Assembly (NCBI GenBank): GCA_964016885.1
Contig: OZ024746.1
Coordinates: 558,001 to 622,000, forward strand
DNA from: Eledone cirrhosa
Lineage: Eukaryota
Direction of reading: 5' to 3'
Length of the DNA: 64,000 nucleotides
Shown: in pieces, positions 39,201 to 52,111 of the stretch
Numbering within the stretch: position 1 is the stretch's first letter
How the letters are laid out: the number at the start of each line of letters is the position of its first letter
Program-made: the position numbers and the translations under genes
The notes under the pieces: generated by a model
What the model was told of the DNA's origin: nothing
Databases searched by the model: none
The model's input: the letters and a program-made list of their open reading frames with translations, nothing else

Positions 39201-42200
39201 GTGATGCCAAGACACCCTCGGCCTTCTTGACAATTTTAGAGATGTGCTTTGTTCAATGCAAATCACTGCTGGCAGTAATGCCCAGGTCACGTTCACAAGA
39301 AGACTTCTTGATATTAGTGTTGTGGAGGGAATATGTGGATGCTGGGTTTTTACTCCCAAAATGCATGGTGATACCCTTGTCCACAGCCAGCTTGAGTTGC
39401 CAGTCCATGATCCATTGTTGCATTGTGTGCAGGTCTGATTGTAGGAAAGATCTATAGTGTTCAGGATCTGTCCATTTGATTTCAAGGTACAGCTTGATGT
39501 CATCTGCATATTTCAGTACTGTGGCATTCTTTAAGTTGGCATCTATGTCATTCATATATGTAACAAACAAAAGGGGCCAAGAACAGATCTCTGCAGTACA
39601 CCAGATGTCATCTCATAGGGTGAATAATGTTGTCCTAGAACCGTGACTACTTCTTTTTGACTGAGAATGAAGGACTTGAATATTTAATATATATATATAT
39701 ATATAAACACCAGTAACAACAACAGTAACAACAGTAACAACAACAATAACAACAACAGTAACAAGACCAGTAACAACAACACTTACCATTACAATGTGTC
39801 CAGTTCATCAGTTGGTATCCTTCCTTACAAGTACAAACATATCCTCCAACTGTGTTCCGACATCCATCACCGCAGTCATGTAGCTCTGTACACTCATTGA
39901 TGTCTGTTGAGAGAGATATAGCCACACAAGTAGCGCATTTATATAACATACACATACATACACATACACCCTCACACACATACACACACATACACACACA
40001 ATCCCACACACATATTCACATACACCGACACACATTCACATTACACACTTGAGGCAGGTCGTTTGACTGACCTGGGGCTAAACAAAAAACACAACAACAA
40101 CATACATACCTCTGCAGTAGATCCTGTCTATAAGACGGTAACCTTGGTTACAGTCACAGCTGTAACTGCCAGGAGTGTTCTGACATATATGCTCACATCC
40201 ACCATTCATCTCGGCACATTCGTTGTTATCTGTAACACAACAATGAGGACAACAATAGCTTCAAGCAAATGTGAGAAATCTTTATGAGCTCAGTCTTTCT
40301 GTTACACACTAACACACTTGACTGTTTTATGTTACTTTGTTACAGAACCCAGGTATTTCCAGGTACCGCAACTAGTATATATATATATATATGTACGTGT
40401 GTGTGTGTGTGTGTGTGTGTGTGAGTGGGGGGGGGGGGTAACCACAATACATTAGTAGAGTGTAAACATCAAATTTAATATAGAAATGGTTTCTACGGGA
40501 CTAGAACTATTTCATTCAAAAGAAATCAATAGGAAAGCTTTCAGTCCATGGGATGAGTTTGGTAGAAGTAGTTCCACAACAGTTAGTACACCATTTCCGA
40601 GAACAATTTGTTTCACCTGAAACGGAGATCTATTGTGTCAGCCTTTGGACAACATCATATACAGGTGAAACAACTGTCTCCAAATGAGTTGGGATCCACA
40701 CCCAAGCCAGACCAACTATGTATGTTATCTAACTTGTGGTCTAACTCTGGGTCAGTCTATCCCCACCCAAGTAAGACCAACTGACCTTATGTATGTTATC
40801 TAACTTGTGGTCTAACTCTGGGTCAGTCTATCCCCACCCAAGTAAGACCAACTGACCTTATGTATGTTATCTAACTTGTGGTCTAACTCTGGGTCAGTCT
40901 ATCCCCACCCAAGTAAGACCAACTGACCTTATGTATGTTATCTAACTTGTGGTCTAACTCTGGGTCAGTCTATCCCCACCCAAGTAAGACCAACTGACCT
41001 TATGTATGTTATCTAACTTGTGGTCTAACTCTGGGTCAGTCTATCCCCACCCAAGTAAGACCAACTGACCTTATGTATGTTATCTAACTTGTGGTCTAAC
41101 TCTAGGTCAGTCTATCCCCACCCAAGTAAGACCAACTGACCTTATGTATGTTATCTAACTTGTGGTCTAACTCTAGGTCAGTCTATCCCCACCCAAGTAA
41201 GACCAACTGACCTTATGTATGTTATCTAACTTGTGGTCTAACTCTGGGTCAGTCTATCCCCACCCAAGTAAGACCAACTGACCTTATGTATGTTATCTAA
41301 CTTGTGGTCTAACTCTAGGTCAGTCTATCCCCACCCAAGTAAGACCAACTGACCTTATGTATGTTATCTAACTTGTGGTCTAACTCTAGGTCAGTCTATC
41401 CCCACCCAAGTAAGACCAACTGACCTTATGTATGTTATCTAACTTGTGGTCTAACTCTAGGTCAGTCTATCCCCACCCAAGTAGACCAACTGACCTTATG
41501 TATGTTATCTAACTTGTGGTCTAACTCTGAGTCAGTCTATCCCCACCCAAGTAAGACCAACTGACCTTATGTATGTTATCTAACTTGTGGTCTAACTCTA
41601 GGTCAGTCTATCCCCACCCAAGTAAGACCAACTGACCTTATGTATGTTATCTAACTTGTGGTCTAACTCTGGATCAGTCTATCCCCACCCAAGTAAGACC
41701 AACTGACCTTATGTATGTTATCTAACTTGTGGTCTAACTCTAGGTCAGTCTATCCCCACCCAAGTAAGACCAACTGACCTTATGTATGTTATCTAACTTG
41801 TGGTCTAACTCTAGGTCAGTCTCCTGCCAGTTGGCTTCTCATAAAATCTGACATTAATTCTTTAGACATTTTTTACAAGTATATTTTATCAACCAGTGAC
41901 TGGATGAATGGTCAAGTTGACCTTGAATTAAGAAGACATCTGAAACAAACAACCATCAACTGTCAACCATCAACTGTATCATCTCATTTGCAGATTTATT
42001 TATTTATTTCATTATTCATTTATTTTATTCTTCTTCATCCAACCATGAAAAAGATTTTCAAAACCAGAGAAATGAAAAAGACAAAAATTAAAACAAAAAT
42101 TTTTTAAAAAGATAAAAATAAACTATTTTGATCAAAACAAAAAAATATATATAAATAAAAATTAAATAAAAGAGACAAAATTTTGATAGATTCAGTGAAA

Positions 42201-42535
42201 TGTGGCAGAAAAATATTTTATTTTTGTAATCAGAAGGTTAATATGCATTAATAAGTCATTATGATGTCATAGAGGTTGAGTTTAATGAAAAAAAATTGTT
42301 TCTGTAACTTTTAATAGATGACCTACATTTTATTTTTATATATATATATATATATATTTTATTTTAGCAAATTTAATTATCCCAAATATTTTCAGGTTTA
42401 AAAACCAGAAAATATTTGTGATAATTAAATTTGCTAAAATAAAATTCTATTATCTTGGCACCTTTAATTTTCTAATGCATTGTATGGCTTTTAAAATCAT
42501 TAAAATTTATATTTATATATATATATATTTATATA

Positions 42536-42609
<74 letters not shown>

Positions 42610-43910
42610 AATTGAAGAAGAACCAAGGTTAACAATTTAAATCCATTCTTACACACATATATGATTACGTGGTGAAACGTATTACAATTCATGGATGATA
42701 TATAATATTGCTATAGTGATGTTCCTTTATACACAGAAACATAAAGGTAGTTCTCGCCTGATGAGGGGGACAAAATCTCCATCCACTGACCACTGGCCTC
42801 TGACCTTTCACCACTGACCTCTGACCACTGACTTCTGACCTCTGACACTGACCTCTGCTATCTTCTAATTACTTCCCTCCTCTACAAACCTAATCTCTTT
42901 CTTCTCTCTCTTTTTCTATATGTTGGTCCTCCAACAATTTTCTAGAATTAATTTCATAAACTCTAGGCTCTCCAATCAGAATTTTTCCAACTCCACATCC
43001 CTGCTCCTATTCCACCTCCATCCAGCCTCCACTTATTAAATTTTGCTAATCCATCTCAGGTGAAATTTTATTTTAAGTGGTAACATTCCTGCGATAATTT
43101 ATTTTCTTTATACATTAAAAAACATTATACATGGCAAAAAAGTACATTACTAGAAATCTCATATGTTATAAAATAAATAGGATGGGTTGGGGTCTCTATG
43201 TAAACTAAACGACTAATTCTGGTTTTTTAAAAAATCAACGAAGACAACCTAGAAAAAATATCAATTTTCCCCAACCCCTGCTTTATTCCACTCCTCCCCC
43301 TATTATTTGGGACCTGAGAGTATTTCATTACTTCTCTTGTTTTGTACTTTATAATCCGTTATTTAACATCCACTTTCCCAGCTAGCATGGGTTGGACAGG
43401 TCTGCACAAACTAAGTACACAAGCAGGGCTACTGACCTCCCAGACAAGCTGGGGATCCAAATATGGTTCCATGTACTACTGAGTGTATTTTATGATGGCA
43501 CTAGAGAGGTTGTCATATCTTTCATACAACTGAAGGTCCTCCCAACCCTTTCTTTGGCACACTTTCTACGGCTTGATGCCCTTCCAACTACTTTATTGTG
43601 TAGATCCTACAGGTTGTCATGGACACAACGGTCCTCTCAACCTTTTAAAGCATCGTTTCTTCAGTCAAGTGTCCATAGTCTGTGTGTCTGTGTGTCTGTG
43701 TCTGTGTCTGTGTATGTGTGTCTGTGTGTCTGTGTGTCTGTGTGTCTGTGTCTGTGTGTCTGTGCCTGTGTCTGTGTCTGTGTCTGAGTCTGTGTCTGTG
43801 TCTGTGTGACTGTGTGTGTCTGTCTGTGTCTGTGTCTGAGTCTGTGTCTGAGTCTGTCTGTGTGACTGTGTGTGTCTGTGTGTTGTCTGTGTATGTGTGT
43901 CTGTGTCTGT

Positions 43911-43995
<85 letters not shown>

Positions 43996-46900
43996 TGTGC
44001 ATGTGTCTGTGTCTGTATGTCTGTGTCTGTGTCTGTCTGAGTCTGTGTATGTGTGACTGTGTGTGTCTGTCTGTGTCTGTGTGTCTGTCTGTGTCTGTGT
44101 CTGTGTGTGTCTGTCTGTGTCTGTGTCTGTGTGTCTGTCTGTGTCTGTGTGTCTGTGTCTGTCTCTGTGTCTGTGTGTCAATGTAAATAAAAGCAAATTA
44201 AACCAATGCCATGAACTCAAGCAAACATAAAATATACACCCAGTACTGGACTTTAAGTTAGAGCTGAGGGCCACACACCCTCCAGGGTCACATTTTTAAA
44301 GTATATATTTATATTTTTATTTTATCATTAGTTTTTATGTCACACACTGTCACAGATACACACAATCTCACACTGTCACACACTGTCACACACTGTCACA
44401 CACTGTCACATACTGTCACACACTGTCACATACTGTCACACACAATCTCATACTGTGACAGTGTGAGAGAGAGAAGAGCAGGACCACTTACCACTACACT
44501 GTGTGTTGTTGTGTAGAGTATAACCAGAATAACAGTCACAGATATGCCCACCTATGCTATTGTTACAATAATGGTTACAACCTCCATTCATGTGCTCACA
44601 TTCGTTGATATCTGAAAAACAAATAAATCCATCACATGGTACATAGAAATGTTTATCTATCTCTCTATCTGTCTGTCTATCTATCAATTTGTCTGTCTGT
44701 CTGTCTATCTATCTTTCTATTTGTCTGTGAGGTCACGGCCAAGGTATTTGCGCTCACCCAGAAGTGGGCTGAGTGCCAACTATCCTTGAAAGGTCGAGCA
44801 GAGGTAGCAAACACTTTCATAGCGTCCATCATCTACTACCGCTTGACCGTTGTGCCTTGTCCCCGTGAACACCTCACCAAGATGGAACGCATGCTCTTCC
44901 AGTTCCTTTAGAAGAAGTAGGCTCCACTGGTGAGGAGATCCGTCTGCTGTCAGCACCCTTCCAACGGAGGGCTGGGAATGCCGTGGCCGATGATGTGCAA
45001 ACATGTGCTGAGGCTACAGCATCTACAGGTATCACTGACCAAACTGCAGTCCTGGGTCAAGCAAAGACCAAGGAAAATGGGCGACTGGCACATTGAATGT
45101 GCTCAGGCGCTCACGGTCCTCTGGCAAAAGGACCCAGCAATCAGTGGAGACTCCACTTCGTCATTCTATAGAGGGTTGGTCCGCAGCAAGTGCGATGACA
45201 CTCTCGGAGAAACTCTAGGGATGGAGGAGGATGAACTGGCCAGTCTGTTTGGTAGGACCTTCCACCCGGGACCGATGGATAACTTCCAAAAGTCCCTGGC
45301 AGTGCTATCAAGGAGCTCTACCCGTTCGAGACAAGCTCTACAGACACGGGCGCCCGAGCAGGGACCCCTCAAAAAAGATCCGTCCGAGATGCATGCAGGA
45401 CGAGGAAACCATCGTGCACGCATTCGTACACTGCCCGGGCGTTACCGACCTGTGGAGCTACGCAGAACGACTACTGTCGCGGGTGGGACCAATCCGGTTG
45501 ACCACCAAGTCCATTATTACAATCAAACCGCCACCCTCCTTCAAAAACGAAGGAGAGGTGGTTTTCCTCTGTGTAATGGCTATGGTGAAAGAGGCTATAT
45601 GGTGGACGAGGTTGAAAGGGCTGAGGTCAGACACCTTTCTCTCCAGCGAACAACTGGTTCGCTTCTTCAAATATCATTTTAAAAGAAGAATCGACTGGAG
45701 AGAGAGGTGCTGCACCCCAGCAAATTTTACGAAAGGTGGGTGAATGTGGCAAGGATGGCCCGAGTGATTGGGCCTTCTCTCTATATAAGCCTGTAGGTTG
45801 GGAAAGAGGAGGAAGAGAGGAAGGAAGCACTCGCTCTTCGTGCTCCTGGAGAGGAGGGTTGCACATTTTCTCGGGCGTGTGTACAACCCTTTTGTAATGC
45901 CTCCCCGCTATTGGGGATTTCGATTGTTTTATTTTTTCATTGTTATATTTTTTACACAAATTTTATGTATGTAAACTCCCCCCATTGTATTTGTCCCCAT
46001 CTTTTGCACCCTCGTGGCGAATAAAGATATATATCTATCTGTCTATTTATCTGTCTGTTTGTCTATACATACTATATATATATTCAAAATAGGGAGCACC
46101 CAGGACTGGGTAGTGTGTTGTGTCCAGTTCACTCAGATGGAAAAAATGAGATGTGACATCACTGGTGCCAAGCTGTATCAACCTTTGGACAACATTGGTG
46201 GCATGGGGAGAGGCAACTGGTATGTATGAGTGACTGTTGGTCTTCACAAAATCATCTTGCCTGAACATGTGCCTCAGAGAGAACTTTCTAGGTACAAAAC
46301 CCAAATTTTCCTTAATTCTGTTTTTGCTTTTGATATATTTACTTTTTTCTATTTTCACAGAATTTATCAATAAATTCCTTTGATTCAATTCTATATTTCA
46401 TGACTAAATTACAATAAATTGTACAATGAATATTATTAAAACGGGGACAAATTATGGGAAAATATGTCACACATATTGTTCTGCTGCAGGCCACATGTGG
46501 CAGGTGGAACACATGTAGCATGTGGACCACATGTGGCATGTATGCCATATGTGATGTGTATGTCACAGGTGGCATGTGGGTCCACTTGTGGCATGTGGGA
46601 CACATGTAGCATGTTGACTACATGTGGCATGCATGCCATATGTGATGTGTGTGTCACATGTGGCGTGTGGGCCACTTGTGACATGTGGGCTACATGTTTG
46701 AGGTGCCTGCGTTAATTAAAAAAAGCCACATATATGTTAATTTCACAAGCAAGCAGTCCTATTGTGTAAACAACTGGAATATTCAACATGGAAGTTGATG
46801 GGAACCAATTCTAATAAGCTGATCTGCTCACCAGAACATGAGGTCTTTTCTGTCAACTTGAAACCCTGATGACAGGCACAGTAGTAGCTGCCGGGGGTGT

Positions 46901-47933
46901 TAAAACACATCTCTTCACAACCACCATTCTTTATATCACATTCATTGATATCTGAAATAAACAAGAAAAACGTTTCATTTATGCTTCCCGAAATTCACCA
47001 ACACTACAGCTGGTATATACTAACACTACAGCTGGTATACACACTAACACTACAGCTGGCATACACTAACACTACAGCTGGTATATATACTAACACTACA
47101 GCTGGTATACACATTAACACTACAGCTGGTATACACACTAACACTACAGCTGGTATACACTAACACTACAGCTGGTATACACTAACACTACAGCTGGTAT
47201 ATATATTAACACTACAGCTGGTATATACACTAACACTACAGCTGGTATATACACTAACACTACAACTGGTATAAACTAACACTACAGCTGGTATATACTA
47301 ACACTACAGCTGGTATATACACCAACACTACAGCTGGTATACACACCAACACTACATCTGGTATATATACCAACACTACAGCTGGTATATACACTAACAC
47401 TACATCTGGTATATATACCAACACTACAGCTGGTATATACACTAACACACAGATGTGTAGGTTAGTGTGTAGATCATGATTCACACTGTTTACTTTCCTC
47501 ACATTTGTATATTATTCTATGTACTATACATGCACCTTTGATGAGTTGTAGTGCACCTGAGCACTGTACACAATAATTTCATTATTATTATTATCAAGGG
47601 CGGTGGATTGGCAGTATCGGTAGAGGGTCGGACGCCATGCTTTCCAGCATAGTTACGTCCCTTTACGATCTGAGTTCAAATCCCGCCGAGGTTGACTTTG
47701 CCTTTCATCCTTACGGGGTCGATAAAATAAAGTACCAGTAATGCACTGGGTAATTGCTGGCCTTGTGCCTAAAAGTAGAAACAATTATTATTATCATTAT
47801 TATTATTTAAACTACTACCACCACCACTACTACCACTACCACCACCATTACTACTACTACTACTACCACCACCACCACCACCACTACTGCTACTACTACT
47901 ACCACTATGACTACTACTACCACCACTACCACC

Positions 47934-47965
<32 letters not shown>

Positions 47966-47979
47966 CACTACTACTACTA

Positions 47980-48043
<64 letters not shown>

Positions 48044-50662
48044 CATGTTAATAAATGATCCTATGTCGGGGGAGGAGATGTAGTGGGAGGTGGTAGGGAG
48101 GGCAGTTTAATCATTTCAGTCTCTTACCAATGCATTCTGTCTTGTTCTGAAGTGAGTAGCCATTGATACAGTTGCAGGAGAATGATCCTGGTGAGTTGAT
48201 ACAGTAATGGCTGCAGCCTCCGTTCTCGTCCAGACACTCATTCATGTCTGAAAATATCAATAATAATAATAATAATAATAATAATAAACATAATGACCAG
48301 GCAGTGTGGATTGAGACAGTACAAAAGGAGATTAGTGAACAGGCACACCAACAAACTGATTTGAGTATCACAGTTGAAACTCTTAAAGGGCAAGCCAAAA
48401 AACTAACCAACTGGAAATCACCAGGCCCAGATGGTGTGCAGGGGTATTGGATTAAAAATATAACATCCCTCCACCCAAAACTGACAACCATGTTCAATGA
48501 CTGCTTGATGTCAGGGGAGGTACCAGAGTGGTTGACAAAAGGTACCACAGTTCTGGTAATGAAATACCGAATCAAGGGTAATGATGTTACCAACTATAGA
48601 CCTATCACATGTCTGTCCGTAATGTGGAAACTGTTGACAAGCATTGTGTCTGAGGAAATCTTCCATCACCTCCATACAAACAACTTGTTACCGGATGAAC
48701 AGAAAGGATGCTGAAAGAAGTCCTGTGGTACAAAAGACCAGTTACTTATTGATAAGATGGTAATGAGGAATTGCAAGAGGAGACACACTGGTCTTGCCAT
48801 GGGATGGATAGACTACAAAAAGGCATTTGACATGGTGCCTCATTCTTGAATCACCAAAAGCCTAGAGATCTTCAGGGTGGCAGATAACATCAGACAGTTG
48901 TTGAGCAAAAGTATGAAGTCCTGGAAAACAGAGTTAACATCAGGTGGAGAATCCTTGGGAGGCGTGAAGATCAAGAGAGGTATTTTCCAGGGAGATAGTC
49001 TGTCCTCTCTGTTGTTTGTCCTTGCCATGATGCCCCTGACCATTATACTGCGAAAAGTGAGAGCAGGATACAAGTTGGGAAAGGGAGAGCTTACCATCAA
49101 TCACCTCCTCTTCATGGACGATCTTAAGCTCTTCGGGAAGAGTGAGAAGGAGTTGGATGTGCTTGTTGACACTGTCCGTATTTTCAGCAATGATATATGT
49201 ATGCAATTTGGTATTAGTAAGTGTGGAGTCCTTGTGATGAAGAGGGGTAAATTGAGCAGAAGCAACGGAATCCAGGTACCAACAGGTGAGATGATAAAGG
49301 AAATTGACACTGAAGAAGGATACAAGTATTTGGGTGTTCTGGAGGCTGATGACATCAAGAACAAAAAAAATGAAGGAATTGATAAGATCTGAATACATTC
49401 GGAGAGTAAGGAGCGTATTAAAGTCACATCTGAACAGTAGGAATGCCATAAGTGCAGCAAATTCCCGAGCTGTGTCTATTATTAGGTACAGTGAGGAAAT
49501 TCTGAGATGGAATGTTGCTGAACAAAAAGAAATGGATAGGAAGACTAGGAAGCTATTGACTATCTACAACATGTTCCACAAGAGGAGTGATGTCGATAGA
49601 CTCTACTTAAGGAGATCTGAAGGTGGAAGAGGTCTTATCAGCATAGAGGACTGTGTTCAGATGGAGAAAAACAACCTACACAAATATGTGACCGATAGTA
49701 AGCAGCCAATGCTCAGAATTGTACTGAAGGAGAGGACAATAGACCAGGGGATCTCCAAGGAGGAAATAACAACAAGGAGAAAGAGCAGCCTTCATGAAAA
49801 ATCCCTTCATAGTACCTTTTTGAGAAAATGCAATTCAGAGATCCACAGACATGGAACTGGTTGAAAAGACTACAGAAGGAATGCTAATGGCTGCGCAAGA
49901 GCAGGCCCTCAAAACGAAGTGGCTGAAACACCTTATTTACAAGGAGGAGGCTAACCCACTGTGCAGGATCTGTGGAGAGAGAGAGGAGACTGTGGCTCAC
50001 ATTGTATCCGAGTGTAAACACCTAGCCCAGACTCACTATAAAGGCTGGAGACATGATGTGATGGGCAGGGTGATCCACTGGCACCTATGCAAAGTAAACA
50101 ATTTACCACATTCTGAGAAATGGTATGAGCATAAGCCAGAGTCAGTGATAGAAAACGATCAGGTGAAGGTGCTGTGGGATTTTAGGATACAGACGGACAA
50201 GAAACTGGAACACAATAGACCCGACCTGGTGCTTTTGGACAAGGAAAAAAGATTGTACCTGATTGTAGATGTGGCCTGCCCATTCGACATGAGAGTGCAA
50301 GAGAAGGAGAGGGAGAAAATTAACCGATACCAGGACTTAAAGTGGGAGGTAAAAAGGATTTGGAACTGCCATGAGGTCAAAGTGGTCCCGATTGTCATAG
50401 GCGCACTAGGTACTATCTCAAGGAGTTTCCAGGGTTGGTTAAAGAAAATTGGCCCCGCCCCGTTTTTTGGAACACTTCAAAAGGCATGCTTGCTGGGAAC
50501 AGCAAGAACCCTCCGATACGTCCTGAATATCTGAGGCTGCAGGTAGTGGCTTGATATTCATTTCAACAAACTTTCCAGTTAACTAACATCAATGACTGAG
50601 ACTCGAAGAAGAAGAAGAAGAAGAAGAAGAAGAAGAAGAAGAAGAAGAAGAAGAAGAAGAAG

Positions 50663-50693
<31 letters not shown>

Positions 50694-51067
50694 GAAATGT
50701 CTGGTCGTAGCTCACCATGGCAGTATGTTTTGTTGATTAACTGGAAACCACTGTTACAATAACAATGGTAACCACCATTTGTGTTGTTACAGTTCTGGTT
50801 ACAGTTTCCATTCTCGTAATAACATTCATCTGTGTCTGTTAGATAAAATATACAACACATGATTTAGAGTTCTATTAATTCACAAACTTCTGCACTATCG
50901 TATAGTCCCATTGTTTCATCAAATAATGATTTCAAATTTAGGCACAAGGCCAGCAATTTTGGAGAAGAAAGTCATTTAAATTGACTCCAGTGAATTGCTG
51001 GTATTATATTCTATTGACCCTATATGGATGAAAGGTTAAGCTAACCTTGCTGAATAATGATAATAAC

Positions 51068-51108
<41 letters not shown>

Positions 51109-52066
51109 GCTGTCATTTATGCATATGAAAAAACATGATCTATGGGAAAGATCCTATTCTTGTCTAAAATCTACAACATAGTAAAGGTTCTTTAACTCTT
51201 ATTCTCTGATAATTTAGCAGAAAATATCTCAAAACAGGTTTGTTAATTCAAATGTTTATAGTATCTTTCTTCTCTTCTAGATATATCAATGTGAAAATTT
51301 GCAGTATTAGACAAAAGACTTTAATTTTGAATGTCATTCAATCATAATACTGTTTTGTACATTTCAAGAATGCCTTACTAATGTGGTTTCATGTGGTACA
51401 GGATGTTAAATGCTCCACTGTCCCCTAAATTTGGTGAAATGTGTGTAGAAAGGTGGATCTTACCTCTGCAGTGTGTCTTGTTCCTTAATTCATATCCCTC
51501 GTAACAGGAACAAAAGTAACCACCTGCTGTATTGTTGCACAATGTACTGCAGCCACCATTACTCTCAGAACATTCATCAATGTCTGAAACAGTGCAGTGA
51601 TACAATATTGACAGTGTGACAGTGTGACAGTGCAATGGTGTGACAGTGCAATAGTGTGACAGTGCAATGGTGTGACAGTGCAATGGTGTGACAGTGCAAT
51701 GGTGTGACAGTGCAATGGTGTGACAGTGCAATAGTGTGACAGTGCAATGGTATGACAGTGCAATAGTGTGACAGTGCAATGGTATGACAGTGCAATGGTG
51801 TGACAGTGCAATAGTGTGACAGTGCAATAGTGTGACAGTGCAATGGTGTGACAGTACAATGATGTGTGACAGTGCAATGGTGTGACAGTGAAATGGTGTG
51901 ACAGTGCAATGATGTGACAGTGCAACAGTGTGACAGTGCAATGCTGTGACAGTGCAATGATGTGACAGTACAATGGTGTGACAGTGCAACAGTGTGACAT
52001 GCAATGGTGCAATAGTGAAAGAGTGCAAGGGTGCAATATGGCAATATTGCAGGTAGGCATGGATAC

Positions 52067-52111
<45 letters not shown>

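Noticed and set aside
47598-47700. tRNA gene
   Set aside because: Box A and B are present but there is no cloverleaf; the sequence continues into a multi-copy SINE body and (ATT)n tail.
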